Shown here piece by piece: positions 9,503 through 17,421 of a stretch of 41,044 nucleotides of DNA. The translations under genes and the position numbers were made by a program. Numbering within the stretch: position 1 is the stretch's first letter; every line of letters begins with the position of its first letter. The notes beneath the pieces are model-generated. The model ran no database searches, was not told the DNA's origin, and saw only the letters and a program-made list of their open reading frames with translations. Origin of the DNA: an uncultured Erysipelotrichaceae bacterium (lineage in GTDB: Bacteria > Bacillota_I > Bacilli_A > RF39 > UBA660); contig CACZTI010000050.1 in NCBI GenBank assembly GCA_902783985.1, forward strand, positions 1-41,044. Direction: 5' to 3'.

Positions 9503-10147
9503 TTATGCTGCTAATGTGTCTACAGCTTTTGCCTTAGCTTTTTCAGTAATATCGATTTCAGTTTCTATATATGATGCTAATGATGATGTTAGTGTTACAA
9601 TCATTTGTTCAAATTGCTCAATAAATTCGGATACGCCTCTATTATAAGTATCCAATAAGTTACCTTCTACATCATAAAATGAGATTCCTAGAGGTACACT
9701 TCTTAGTAAATTTAAAGAGTTTTTAATGTCTTCATTAAAAGTATCTAAAGCATTTTTTACATCATCTTTTACCATACCAACGCCAATCTTTAAACTATCT
9801 GAACAAACATCAGCATCCAAATTAAATGGAATATTTCCTGGTTCATAATATTTCATTGGCATACTTGTTCCATGAGCACTTGCAAGTATAACAGCAGCTT
9901 CATTAGCTCTAGATAATATTGTTTTGTATTTAAAAATGTACTGTGTGATTTTCTCAGATATGATTGATTTTTGTTCTGTAGTAAAATCAACTGCTTTAGG
10001 TGAACCCCATGTCTTACGCAATGTGTCAAATAATTTTTGGAAAGCATCGATAAAAGATCTTTCTGTAGTCTTACAACTATCATAAAAATAATCAAGTTCC
10101 TCTAATACCTTTGAGACATTTAACCCAATAATTCTTTCTTCATTCAT
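9503..10147 (-). CDS. Hypothetical cytoplasmic, mostly helical protein (214 aa)
   Basis: Long ORF with its own terminator and a GGAG-type RBS (aaggagaattacgaaaATG on the minus strand). No signal peptide and no motif I can recognise with confidence. Confidence 0.6.
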   Translation of the reverse strand: MNEERIIGLNVSKVLEELDYFYDSCKTTERSFIDAFQKLFDTLRKTWGSPKAVDFTTEQKSIISEKITQYIFKYKTILSRANEAAVILASAHGTSMPMKYYEPGNIPFNLDADVCSDSLKIGVGMVKDDVKNALDTFNEDIKNSLNLLRSVPLGISFYDVEGNLLDTYNRGVSEFIEQFEQMIVTLTSSLASYIETEIDITEKAKAKAVDTLAA

Positions 10148-10336
10148 TTTCGTAATTCTCCTTTCATTTTAATTATATATTGAATAAAATATGTAGTCAA
10201 TTGATTTTACTATATATTTAACATAGTTGACATTTAATATTTTATATAGAAATATCTAATAAAAACATGTGTCAAAAATAAAAATTAATTTACTTTGTTT
10301 TCTATTTATGTTATATTATTATTATGGAAGGTAGAT

Positions 10337-10822
10337 ATGAAGAAGAAAATTATTGAAATTGTATTAGTTTTATTTATTATTTTTGAATTTATGGCAACAT
10401 ATTGTTTATTATCATTTGATAATTATAATGTTTTAAATACCAATAACAATTATTATTTAATCTATAATGGTAATGAATTATTTAAGAAAGGATCTCTTAT
10501 CAAATTTAAAAAAATTGATAATTGTGTAAATCTTCAAGAAGGAAAGGAAGTATATTATACTTTAAGTCCTGATGTTGTTTTAAAAGGTGAAGTTTCTAAA
10601 AGAGATGAAAATATGGATAATGATGCCATGATTATCTCAGGTAATTATATTAAATGTGATAGAATGTTAGGTAATGAATTTAAAGAATACAAAAATATTG
10701 GTAGTTTTATTAATTTTATAACTAATAAAAAAGTATATTTCTTTTTAATATTATTACCAACAATTGGTTTATTGGTATATGAAATATTCTTAATAAAAAA
10801 CAATATTAAGAAAGAAAACTAA
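10337..10822 (+). CDS. SipW-shaped membrane protein lacking the catalytic Ser/His (pseudo-signal-peptidase)
   Basis: Start moved to ATG 10337 (GGAAGG RBS). It has an N-terminal TM, a soluble domain of about 110 aa and a C-terminal TM (FFLILLPTIGLLVYEIF), as in SipW. NGNELFKKGSLIKFKK occupies the place of SGSMEP..GSLILVKE, and there is no THR(I/V) motif. Confidence 0.55.
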   Translation: MKKKIIEIVLVLFIIFEFMATYCLLSFDNYNVLNTNNNYYLIYNGNELFKKGSLIKFKKIDNCVNLQEGKEVYYTLSPDVVLKGEVSKRDENMDNDAMIISGNYIKCDRMLGNEFKEYKNIGSFINFITNKKVYFFLILLPTIGLLVYEIFLIKNNIKKEN

Positions 10823-10823
10823 T

Positions 10824-11753
10824 ATGAAAAAGAAATTTAAATTAAATAAAAAAATTGTATTTTTAGGAATAGCAATAGTTCTTTGTTTAATAATGGTTAT
10901 CTTTAATCCTGTAACTATTGCTAGATATGTTTATAATGCTATTAGAAATTATTATTTAGAAACCCAAGATTTTTATTTTAATTGTGATAAGATGTCTCTT
11001 AATAATTCTTTATATCAAATTGATAATTGGGATGGAGTAGAAGATTTTTCTGTTACTTTTAATATGAATAGTATTAAGAATAATTTGGTTGTTTCTAAAA
11101 GTGATATTTCTTATAATTTAAGTTATACATGTTCCAGTAATGTAGTATGTACAGCAAGTAAAAATAATGGTGTTATAGACGCTCAAAGTAATCGTGATTA
11201 TTTTATTATAAATATTCACCCTATTGTTTCATTACAAGAGGGTGATTCCGTATGGTTAAATGTTTCATCAACATCAATTAGTCCCTATGTTCAAACGATT
11301 AGTGGTAGAATTCAATTAAATGTTGGAATTCCTGGTTTAACATATGAAATAATGGATGAAGCGAATAGACCTTATTTAAATTTTTCTCTTACTAATACTT
11401 TTGATTTTTATAAAGTAATAAGGGCTTATGGAAATCATGCAGTAGGGGAAGAAATATCAAGTTCTGCTTATCGTAATTTACCTAGTTCAGAAAAAGAAAA
11501 TTATGCATCTGCTTTGATTACCTTATCATTTGATCCACATGTGGTACTCTTAGATTTGACAAGTGAGTTTTACCAAGATGCCGTATCTCATACTGAAATA
11601 GAAATAGATGGATATCAATATGTTAACAGTATAACTTTTAAAGTTGATCCAATATCCAGTGAAATGATAAGATTTTATAAAAAAAATGCTAGTATGAATT
11701 ATACATACCCATATGGCACTAATACACCAATAATTAGTTTTTCAGCTAGTTAA
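10824..11753 (+). CDS. Exported beta-rich protein of unknown function with a signal-anchor ending in TIARYVYN
   Basis: Basic N-terminus plus TM, and a beta-rich Ser/Asn/Thr composition. The gap to the upstream gene is 1 nt. Confidence 0.6.
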   Translation: MKKKFKLNKKIVFLGIAIVLCLIMVIFNPVTIARYVYNAIRNYYLETQDFYFNCDKMSLNNSLYQIDNWDGVEDFSVTFNMNSIKNNLVVSKSDISYNLSYTCSSNVVCTASKNNGVIDAQSNRDYFIINIHPIVSLQEGDSVWLNVSSTSISPYVQTISGRIQLNVGIPGLTYEIMDEANRPYLNFSLTNTFDFYKVIRAYGNHAVGEEISSSAYRNLPSSEKENYASALITLSFDPHVVLLDLTSEFYQDAVSHTEIEIDGYQYVNSITFKVDPISSEMIRFYKKNASMNYTYPYGTNTPIISFSAS

Positions 11754-11766
11754 GAAAGGAATAAAT

Positions 11767-12756
11767 ATGAGTCGTAATGTTGTAAAAGATTGTTTAGATT
11801 TTGATCGTAAAAATACTATAGAATACCTTAAATTAATATTTAATGGTAAGACTACCAAGGGATTATCTAATCAAATGGTCGATTATTACTTTGATTTAAG
11901 ATATTGTAATATAGAAGACAATAAGAATATCATAAATAATATTATTAATAATGTTAAAAAGAAAACATACGACTACGTAAAGAATGAGAATATTAAAATA
12001 GATAATATTCATGATGAAATAAATAATTCTTTATGGATATTAAAATATATTCTTTGTTTTGAAAAAGCTTTAAACGATAAAAAAATAATGAAACTACTAA
12101 ATGGTTTAGAAGAAAAAGTAAGTAAGAGAAATCAAAAACAAGATGTTTTAAAAGTAAAATTATTTCCAATGATAAAAAATAATTATGAAATAAAAGAGAA
12201 ATTTGTCAAAAAATGTTCTTGTAAAGATTTTGAACTTGATATAAAGAGTACTAATATTTTAAATGTTTTTTATACTACATTAAAAAGTAATGTTAAAATA
12301 CCAGAATTATTTAGTACTTTAGCTGCTAATAAAGTTTATAATAGTGGTACAGTTAATGAAGATAAACTATTGGTTTTATATACTTTAATTAGTATTAAAA
12401 TAATGGAAGATGTAAATAATTTTGATTATGATAAAAAATATGTTATATCATTTGATAGTAATTTACTTAATAAAAAGAATAAATGTAAACAATTGTTTAA
12501 AATATTTGATTTAGATTTTCTAAAAGACCGAATGATTATGGAAATATCATATGATGATTTTATAAATAATAAAGATTTAGTTTATGATCTTATTAGAGAA
12601 GGATATAAATTTGGGGTTATCATAAATGATGAATTTAGTGATAATATTCAGTTATTAGAAGTATTTGAATTTATTTTGTTAAATGGTAAATTAGAGAAGT
12701 TACCTAAATTAAAGAAAATAGATAATGTTATTATAAATGAATTGATTGGAGTATAG
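11767..12756 (+). CDS. Cytoplasmic protein of unknown function; possible degenerate EAL-like fold
   Basis: No TM segments. The C-terminal half shows a pattern like EAL beta strands (YVISFDSNLL ; IMEISYDDFI ; GYKFGVIINDEFSDN ; FEFILLNG) but lacks the catalytic residues. This is a weak call made by eye. Confidence 0.5.
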   Translation: MSRNVVKDCLDFDRKNTIEYLKLIFNGKTTKGLSNQMVDYYFDLRYCNIEDNKNIINNIINNVKKKTYDYVKNENIKIDNIHDEINNSLWILKYILCFEKALNDKKIMKLLNGLEEKVSKRNQKQDVLKVKLFPMIKNNYEIKEKFVKKCSCKDFELDIKSTNILNVFYTTLKSNVKIPELFSTLAANKVYNSGTVNEDKLLVLYTLISIKIMEDVNNFDYDKKYVISFDSNLLNKKNKCKQLFKIFDLDFLKDRMIMEISYDDFINNKDLVYDLIREGYKFGVIINDEFSDNIQLLEVFEFILLNGKLEKLPKLKKIDNVIINELIGV

Positions 12757-12758
12757 TT

Positions 12759-14279
12759 ATGCAGACTTTTTTTCGATTTTTATTTGAATTTTTAAGACAG
12801 TTTTTTGGTGGCTTTTGGACAATTATTAAAGGTCTATATACTGGAATTATTGAGATTTTTAATGTTGTTGATTATGCAGCGATTGTGTCTTTTTATCGAG
12901 ATGATTTTAATGGTGCTGAATGGATATTTGTTGTTGTTGCTGTTTTAATTCTTTTAGTACTTTTAGGATCAATTGGTTTTTTAATATTTTATTTAGTTCG
13001 TAAATATATTCGTTTTAGAAAAACATTAGTTGAACAAGAATCAATGCTAGAGGAAATTGCAACTTTAAATAAAGATGTTCAAGTGTTAATGAAAGAAAAA
13101 CAAGATATTCTAGCGATGAAAGTATCTCAACTAGGTCTTAAACCTGGAGAGGATGCTGAAGTAGAAGTAAGTGAAAATAATGAAAATCAAAATGCTGATG
13201 GTATTCGTTTTGCTAAACTTAATAATATTGATGAATTAATGGCTAATTATAAAATTCAAAATTATAATAATTCCTTTACTTTAGAAGAATTAGTAGAATT
13301 ATTTCGTAATTTTGCAGCTTCCAAGTTAAAACTTTATTATAAAACCGAAATGATTAGATTATTTATATCATCTCTTGCAAGTACGAAACTTGTTATTTTA
13401 CAAGGTATCTCTGGTACTGGTAAAACATCTCTTGCTTATGCTTGGGGAAAATTTTTAAAGCATGACTCTTGTGTAGCCTCTGTTCAACCATCATGGAGAG
13501 ATCGTACGGAGTTATTTGGATATTTTAATGAATTTACCAAAAAGTTTAATGAAACAGAAGTTTTAAAAGAAATGTATCTTGCTGGATATACAGATGATGT
13601 TTATACCGTTATTCTGGATGAGATGAACATCTCTCGTGTCGAATATTATTTTGCAGAAATGTTATCTATTCTTGAAATGCCTAATAAAGATGAATGGATT
13701 GTTGAACTTGTATCTAGTTCATGGCCCAATGATCCTAAAAAGTTAATTGATGGTAAACTAAAAATACCACCTAATATGTGGTATATTGGAACTATTAATA
13801 ACGATGACTCAACCTTTATGGTTACTGATAAAGTATATGACCGTGCCATGCCAATAGATATCAATGATAAAGGTGAAGTGTTTGAACCAATTGATACTGA
13901 AGCTCAAGATATTAATTATTCATACCTTGATTCATTATTTCAAAAAGGAATGAGTGACCATCCAATGTCTAAAGAGATGCTTGATAAAATAGAAGAAATG
14001 GATAATTATGTTATTCAACATTTCCGTATTGCTTTTGGTAACCGTATTGTTATGCATATGAAAAAGTTTGTTCCAATTTATGTCGCTTGTGGTGGTGAAG
14101 AAATAAATGGCGTTGATTATTTTATCGCTCGTAAGATTCTTCGTAAATTTGAACAGTTAAATGTTTCATATATTCGTGATGAAATAGATGGATTTGTTGA
14201 ATTTTTAGATAAAACATTCGGTAAAGGCAAAATGAAAGAATGTGAGGAATACGTTTTAAGACTTAAAAAATTATCATAA
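12759..14279 (+). CDS. Membrane-anchored McrB-family AAA+ (AAA_5) GTPase-like protein
   Basis: The N-terminus has a hydrophobic segment WIFVVVAVLILLVLLGSIGFLIFYLV followed by RKYIRFRK and a coiled-coil-like stretch. Walker A LQGISGTGKTS. Walker B plus McrB signature VILDEMNISRVEYYFAEMLSILE (compare E. coli McrB IIDEINRANLSKVFGE..MLME). IPPNMWYIGTINNDDS...DKVYDRA (compare VPENVYIIGLMNTADRS...ALRRRF). Confidence 0.8.
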   Translation: MQTFFRFLFEFLRQFFGGFWTIIKGLYTGIIEIFNVVDYAAIVSFYRDDFNGAEWIFVVVAVLILLVLLGSIGFLIFYLVRKYIRFRKTLVEQESMLEEIATLNKDVQVLMKEKQDILAMKVSQLGLKPGEDAEVEVSENNENQNADGIRFAKLNNIDELMANYKIQNYNNSFTLEELVELFRNFAASKLKLYYKTEMIRLFISSLASTKLVILQGISGTGKTSLAYAWGKFLKHDSCVASVQPSWRDRTELFGYFNEFTKKFNETEVLKEMYLAGYTDDVYTVILDEMNISRVEYYFAEMLSILEMPNKDEWIVELVSSSWPNDPKKLIDGKLKIPPNMWYIGTINNDDSTFMVTDKVYDRAMPIDINDKGEVFEPIDTEAQDINYSYLDSLFQKGMSDHPMSKEMLDKIEEMDNYVIQHFRIAFGNRIVMHMKKFVPIYVACGGEEINGVDYFIARKILRKFEQLNVSYIRDEIDGFVEFLDKTFGKGKMKECEEYVLRLKKLS

Positions 14280-14297
14280 TATGGAGGGTGTGATATT

Positions 14298-15461
14298 ATG
14301 CAGGAAGGAAATATCATTGATTTATATCATAGTACAGATAGTAACATTATTAATAAATTTTCTAATAATGTTGATTCTAAAGTTCATGTTAGTCTTGATA
14401 TTGATAGAGTAAACGCTGACTATGAATGGTTAGATATTATCGAAGATACGATAGTTTATATAGATAATATTTTGAGAAATCCTAATCGTTTTATAATTAA
14501 TGAAGAAGATGTTGTTAAAATAGAACTTGCAAGAAGAATAACTGTTGATAGTATTAAACATTTATCAAGAAACACTAACTTAATTCAAGATTATGATAAG
14601 AAAACAGGGGATGTTAAACCATCGAAAATATTAAATATCAATAAAGAAGAAAGTTTTAATACATCTGAAAACCGTTTTATCTATAGTTTAATTGAAAACA
14701 TGTCTTTATTCATAAGTCGTAAAAAACAAAAAATTGTCCTAGCGAATAAAAATAAATGTCAAAAAAAAGTTGAATATAATGCTTTTTCTAAAGTAGGAAG
14801 AGAAAATGTTAATATTAATTTTTCTATTGATAGTTTAATAGATACTAATAGTAATATTATGGAAGATGGATTAAATATTGAAGAAAGAATTAACAAAGTA
14901 GAAATGCGAATAAGAGATCTTAAAAGTTCTGAAGTATACAAAATGATTCATAAATTACATATTACTTTAGTAACATCTCCTATTAAAAAAACCAATGTTA
15001 TTTTAAAAAATGTTAACTTTCAATATGCAGTAAAGTTATGGAATTATTTACAAGAACATTTTGGTGAGGAAACAAATAAAGAGAATAAAGAAAAAAAAGA
15101 TTATGATGATAATGGTAAATTAAAACAATATTATGATGAGAGTTTTTTACTTGACTATTTAGTCCTTAATTCTATTGATGAAAATAATTTTAAAGATTTA
15201 TCTGTATCTAAAGAAGAATTAAAAGAAAGATTAGTTGGTAATATTGTTGAAAAAATAATTGATATTGATAATAAGATATCAGAGGAACAATTAAGTGAAA
15301 TTGTTGCTAAACAATTTGTTGTAATTAAAAATAAATATGTGGCTAGTGATAATAAGATTAAAGAAATATATCATAATGCTATCAATAAATATATGGATAA
15401 AATTATGGATTTAAAATTGGAGGATAATGATGAAGAATTTGAAAGAAAAGATAGAGAATAA
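14298..15461 (+). CDS. McrC/DUF2357-like partner protein (N-terminal region only recognisable), Lys/Glu-rich helical C-terminal half
   Basis: It lies immediately downstream of the McrB-like gene. The motif EESFNTSENRFIYSLIENM resembles the conserved (D)TxENRF element of McrC/DUF2357 proteins. I could not recognise a convincing PD-(D/E)xK nuclease motif by eye. The 3' end overlaps sipW by 35 nt. Confidence 0.5.
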   Translation: MQEGNIIDLYHSTDSNIINKFSNNVDSKVHVSLDIDRVNADYEWLDIIEDTIVYIDNILRNPNRFIINEEDVVKIELARRITVDSIKHLSRNTNLIQDYDKKTGDVKPSKILNINKEESFNTSENRFIYSLIENMSLFISRKKQKIVLANKNKCQKKVEYNAFSKVGRENVNINFSIDSLIDTNSNIMEDGLNIEERINKVEMRIRDLKSSEVYKMIHKLHITLVTSPIKKTNVILKNVNFQYAVKLWNYLQEHFGEETNKENKEKKDYDDNGKLKQYYDESFLLDYLVLNSIDENNFKDLSVSKEELKERLVGNIVEKIIDIDNKISEEQLSEIVAKQFVVIKNKYVASDNKIKEIYHNAINKYMDKIMDLKLEDNDEEFERKDRE

Positions 15462-16002
15462 TAAAGCTTTAAAAATATTGATTAAAGTATTTAAAACGAT
15501 AGCAATGGTAATAGTAATTTGTTTACTTTTAGTTATTGTTGTTCAAAAAGTATCATCTAATAATGTTAATTTAGGAGGATATGGTGTTTATACCGTAGTA
15601 ACTGGAAGTATGGATCCAACATTAAAAGTTAAAGATATGATTTTATCTAAAAAAGTAGATCCAGAAAGTTTAAATACTGGAGATATCGTTGTTTATAATG
15701 GAAATGAAGGTAGTTTTTCTGGTAAAATAGTAACTCATAGAATTATTAAAAAAGAAAAAAGAGATAATGTTTTGTATTTTACAACAAAGGGTGATGCTAA
15801 TCAAATAGAAGATAAAGAAATCACTGCTAGCCAAATAGTTGGTAAGTTTGTTACTAAATTAACAATATTAAGTCTTATAAGTCATATTATTAACAATACC
15901 GTAGGTTTCTTCTTTATTGTTTTTGTTCCCTTTATTATCTTTGTTTTTTGTGAAGTTATAAGTGTTAAGAATGAAATTGATAAAGAAAAAAGTGAGAGTT
16001 GA
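15427..16002 (+). CDS. sipW: Signal peptidase I, archaeal/ER type (SipW-like), copy 1
   Basis: GGAGG RBS. N-terminal TM, TGSMDPTL (catalytic Ser), VTHRII (catalytic His), TKGDAN and a C-terminal TM. This is the architecture and motif set of B. subtilis SipW. Confidence 0.85.
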   Translation: MMKNLKEKIENNKALKILIKVFKTIAMVIVICLLLVIVVQKVSSNNVNLGGYGVYTVVTGSMDPTLKVKDMILSKKVDPESLNTGDIVVYNGNEGSFSGKIVTHRIIKKEKRDNVLYFTTKGDANQIEDKEITASQIVGKFVTKLTILSLISHIINNTVGFFFIVFVPFIIFVFCEVISVKNEIDKEKSES

Positions 16003-16007
16003 TTTTT

Positions 16008-16613
16008 GTGAATAAAAAAGAAATTAAAATTGTCTTAAAAAAACTTAAAAAAACTTTAGGTTTAAAAACACTCTTAATTCTTATTGTTTTGCTTTCATTT
16101 AATACATATGCTTGGTTTGTTTTTTCTAGTCATGTTGATACTGAAATGGGCGCTAAAGTAAGAGCTTGGAATATTACTTTTACCCAGGATGATCAAAGTA
16201 TTATGCAATCATTAACATTTGATATTGATGATATTTATCCAGGAATGAATAATTATCATGATGAAGTTATGATGACTAATAATGGTGATACCAATGCCTT
16301 AGTTAGCTTTGAAATAAATTCTGTAAGAATTCTTGATACTACATATACAGTTTCTGATAGTTTAACTAGTGATGATATCATTGATATGTTAGAAAATGAT
16401 TTCCCTTTTAAAATACAAATTGGTGTTAATCATGATGTTATAGCTCCTTCGGCATCTTCTATTTTTGCAGTAGAAGTTATCTGGAATTTTGAAGAAAATG
16501 AAGATAGTGTAGATACCTTATGGGGAGAAAATGCCTATACTTATAATCATACACATACTGGTATGCCAAGTATTTCCATTAATTTAACAATTCATATTGA
16601 TCAAACGAATTAA
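16008..16613 (+). CDS. TasA/camelysin-like exported protein (about 201 aa)
   Basis: Likely GTG start at 16008, preceded by GTGAGAG. The signal peptide ends in NTYAWFVFSS. The DIYPGM......NNGDT strand motif resembles TasA LKPGDK...ENNGS. C-terminal SISINLTIHIDQ. Confidence 0.65.
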   Translation: MNKKEIKIVLKKLKKTLGLKTLLILIVLLSFNTYAWFVFSSHVDTEMGAKVRAWNITFTQDDQSIMQSLTFDIDDIYPGMNNYHDEVMMTNNGDTNALVSFEINSVRILDTTYTVSDSLTSDDIIDMLENDFPFKIQIGVNHDVIAPSASSIFAVEVIWNFEENEDSVDTLWGENAYTYNHTHTGMPSISINLTIHIDQTN

Positions 16614-16615
16614 AA

Positions 16616-16641
16616 AAATAAGTACTTTTTAGTACTTATTT
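16616..16641. terminator. Bidirectional terminator between convergent TasA-like genes
   Basis: Stem aaataagtac / gtacttattt, T-rich loop, with A- and T-runs on either side. Confidence 0.7.
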
Positions 16642-17225
16642 TAATTTGCTTTTTGAATGAAATGTAAGTTAACATCCATTTTAGCAGTAGCATTATCACC
16701 AGTTGTATTAGTATCAGCTTCATTATTCATGGTGGAACCTTCACCATCATTCCATGTAACAAATACTCTAACTTGTTTTGTTTTATTAGCATCAGTCTTA
16801 TTTATAGTTCCTGTTATATTACTGTTATTATAATTTATTACCTCACCATTATCTAATGAATAACCAGTTATAACTAAATCAACAACTTGATTACTTGCAT
16901 TTTGATTAAGTGATATTTGATAATCAAATGTTACATCAGTTTCAGTTGCATCAATTATAATGTCAAAATAACCATTAGCTGTAGGGGCAATATAACCATC
17001 ACTTATATTATTATTACCACTAAATACTGGTTGAATAACAGTTTCAGCTGATAAATCATTTCTTACATCAAAATTATTTACAAGAATACGCCATCTTGCT
17101 ATTGACATATTTGATGTAGCATTATTGGAGGTTGAATATTTGGCATATGTTTCTTGCATTGTCAAAATACATAGTAAAATAGATACACAAAATATTAAAA
17201 AGATTATTTTTTTATTATATCTCAT
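16641..17225 (-). CDS. TasA/camelysin-like exported protein (194 aa), paralogue of 32611..33189
   Basis: AGGAGG RBS. The signal peptide ends in QETYAKYSTS. IARWRILVNN and YIAPTANGYFDIIIDATETDVTFDYQI match IAKWQIKVNN and LIAPGVGAYFDIDIDPNNTSVSIRYDI in the locus-2 protein. Confidence 0.7.
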   Translation of the reverse strand: MRYNKKIIFLIFCVSILLCILTMQETYAKYSTSNNATSNMSIARWRILVNNFDVRNDLSAETVIQPVFSGNNNISDGYIAPTANGYFDIIIDATETDVTFDYQISLNQNASNQVVDLVITGYSLDNGEVINYNNSNITGTINKTDANKTKQVRVFVTWNDGEGSTMNNEADTNTTGDNATAKMDVNLHFIQKAN

Positions 17226-17288
17226 TACTTCCTCCTAATTGTAGTTTACCATTTTAAAAAAATGATGTAAATATAATTGATAAAATAT

Positions 17289-17329
17289 TGTAAAATATAA
17301 ATGTAAATATATGTAAAATAAAATGTAAA
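17289..17329. promoter_or_regulatory. Four phased direct repeats of TGTAAA(A/T) in the divergent intergenic region
   Basis: TGTAAA occurs at 17289, 17302, 17312 and 17324 (spacings 13, 10 and 12 nt). On the minus strand it reads TTTACA. Confidence 0.5.
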
Positions 17330-17371
17330 AATGATTACCTGTTGATTTAAATGAATAATTTGTCATTTTTC

Positions 17372-17400
17372 TTGAAAATACCTTGCTAATATGGTAAAAT
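17372..17400 (+). promoter_or_regulatory. Sigma-A-type promoter for the 17422..28644 gene string
   Basis: TTGAAA, a 17-nt spacer, then extended -10 TGgTAAAAT. It sits 22 nt upstream of the GGAGTAGG RBS and ATG 17422. Confidence 0.6.
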
Positions 17401-17421
17401 GTTTATAGTATGGAGTAGGTT

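Noticed and set aside
9503-10147. A WXG100/LXG-type (type VII secretion) protein, suggested by the helical composition and the ..TWGSPKAVDF.. motif.
   Set aside because: The motif reads W-G-S rather than W-x-G. The protein is 214 aa with no clear helix-turn-helix hairpin signature, and no T7SS genes (essC, esaA and so on) are in the window.
10227-10255. A TTGACA hexamer upstream of locus 1 as its promoter.
   Set aside because: There is no acceptable -10 hexamer at 16-18 nt (only aaatat). An alternative extended -10 (TGtTATATT near 10308) sits too close to the RBS to be confident. The locus-1 promoter is therefore left unassigned.
12759-15461. A classical McrBC type IV restriction system.
   Set aside because: The McrB-like protein has a membrane segment where the DNA-binding domain should be. 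I could not see a nuclease motif in the partner. The pair is also packed tightly among export genes. I therefore report it as an atypical system rather than annotate it as mcrBC.
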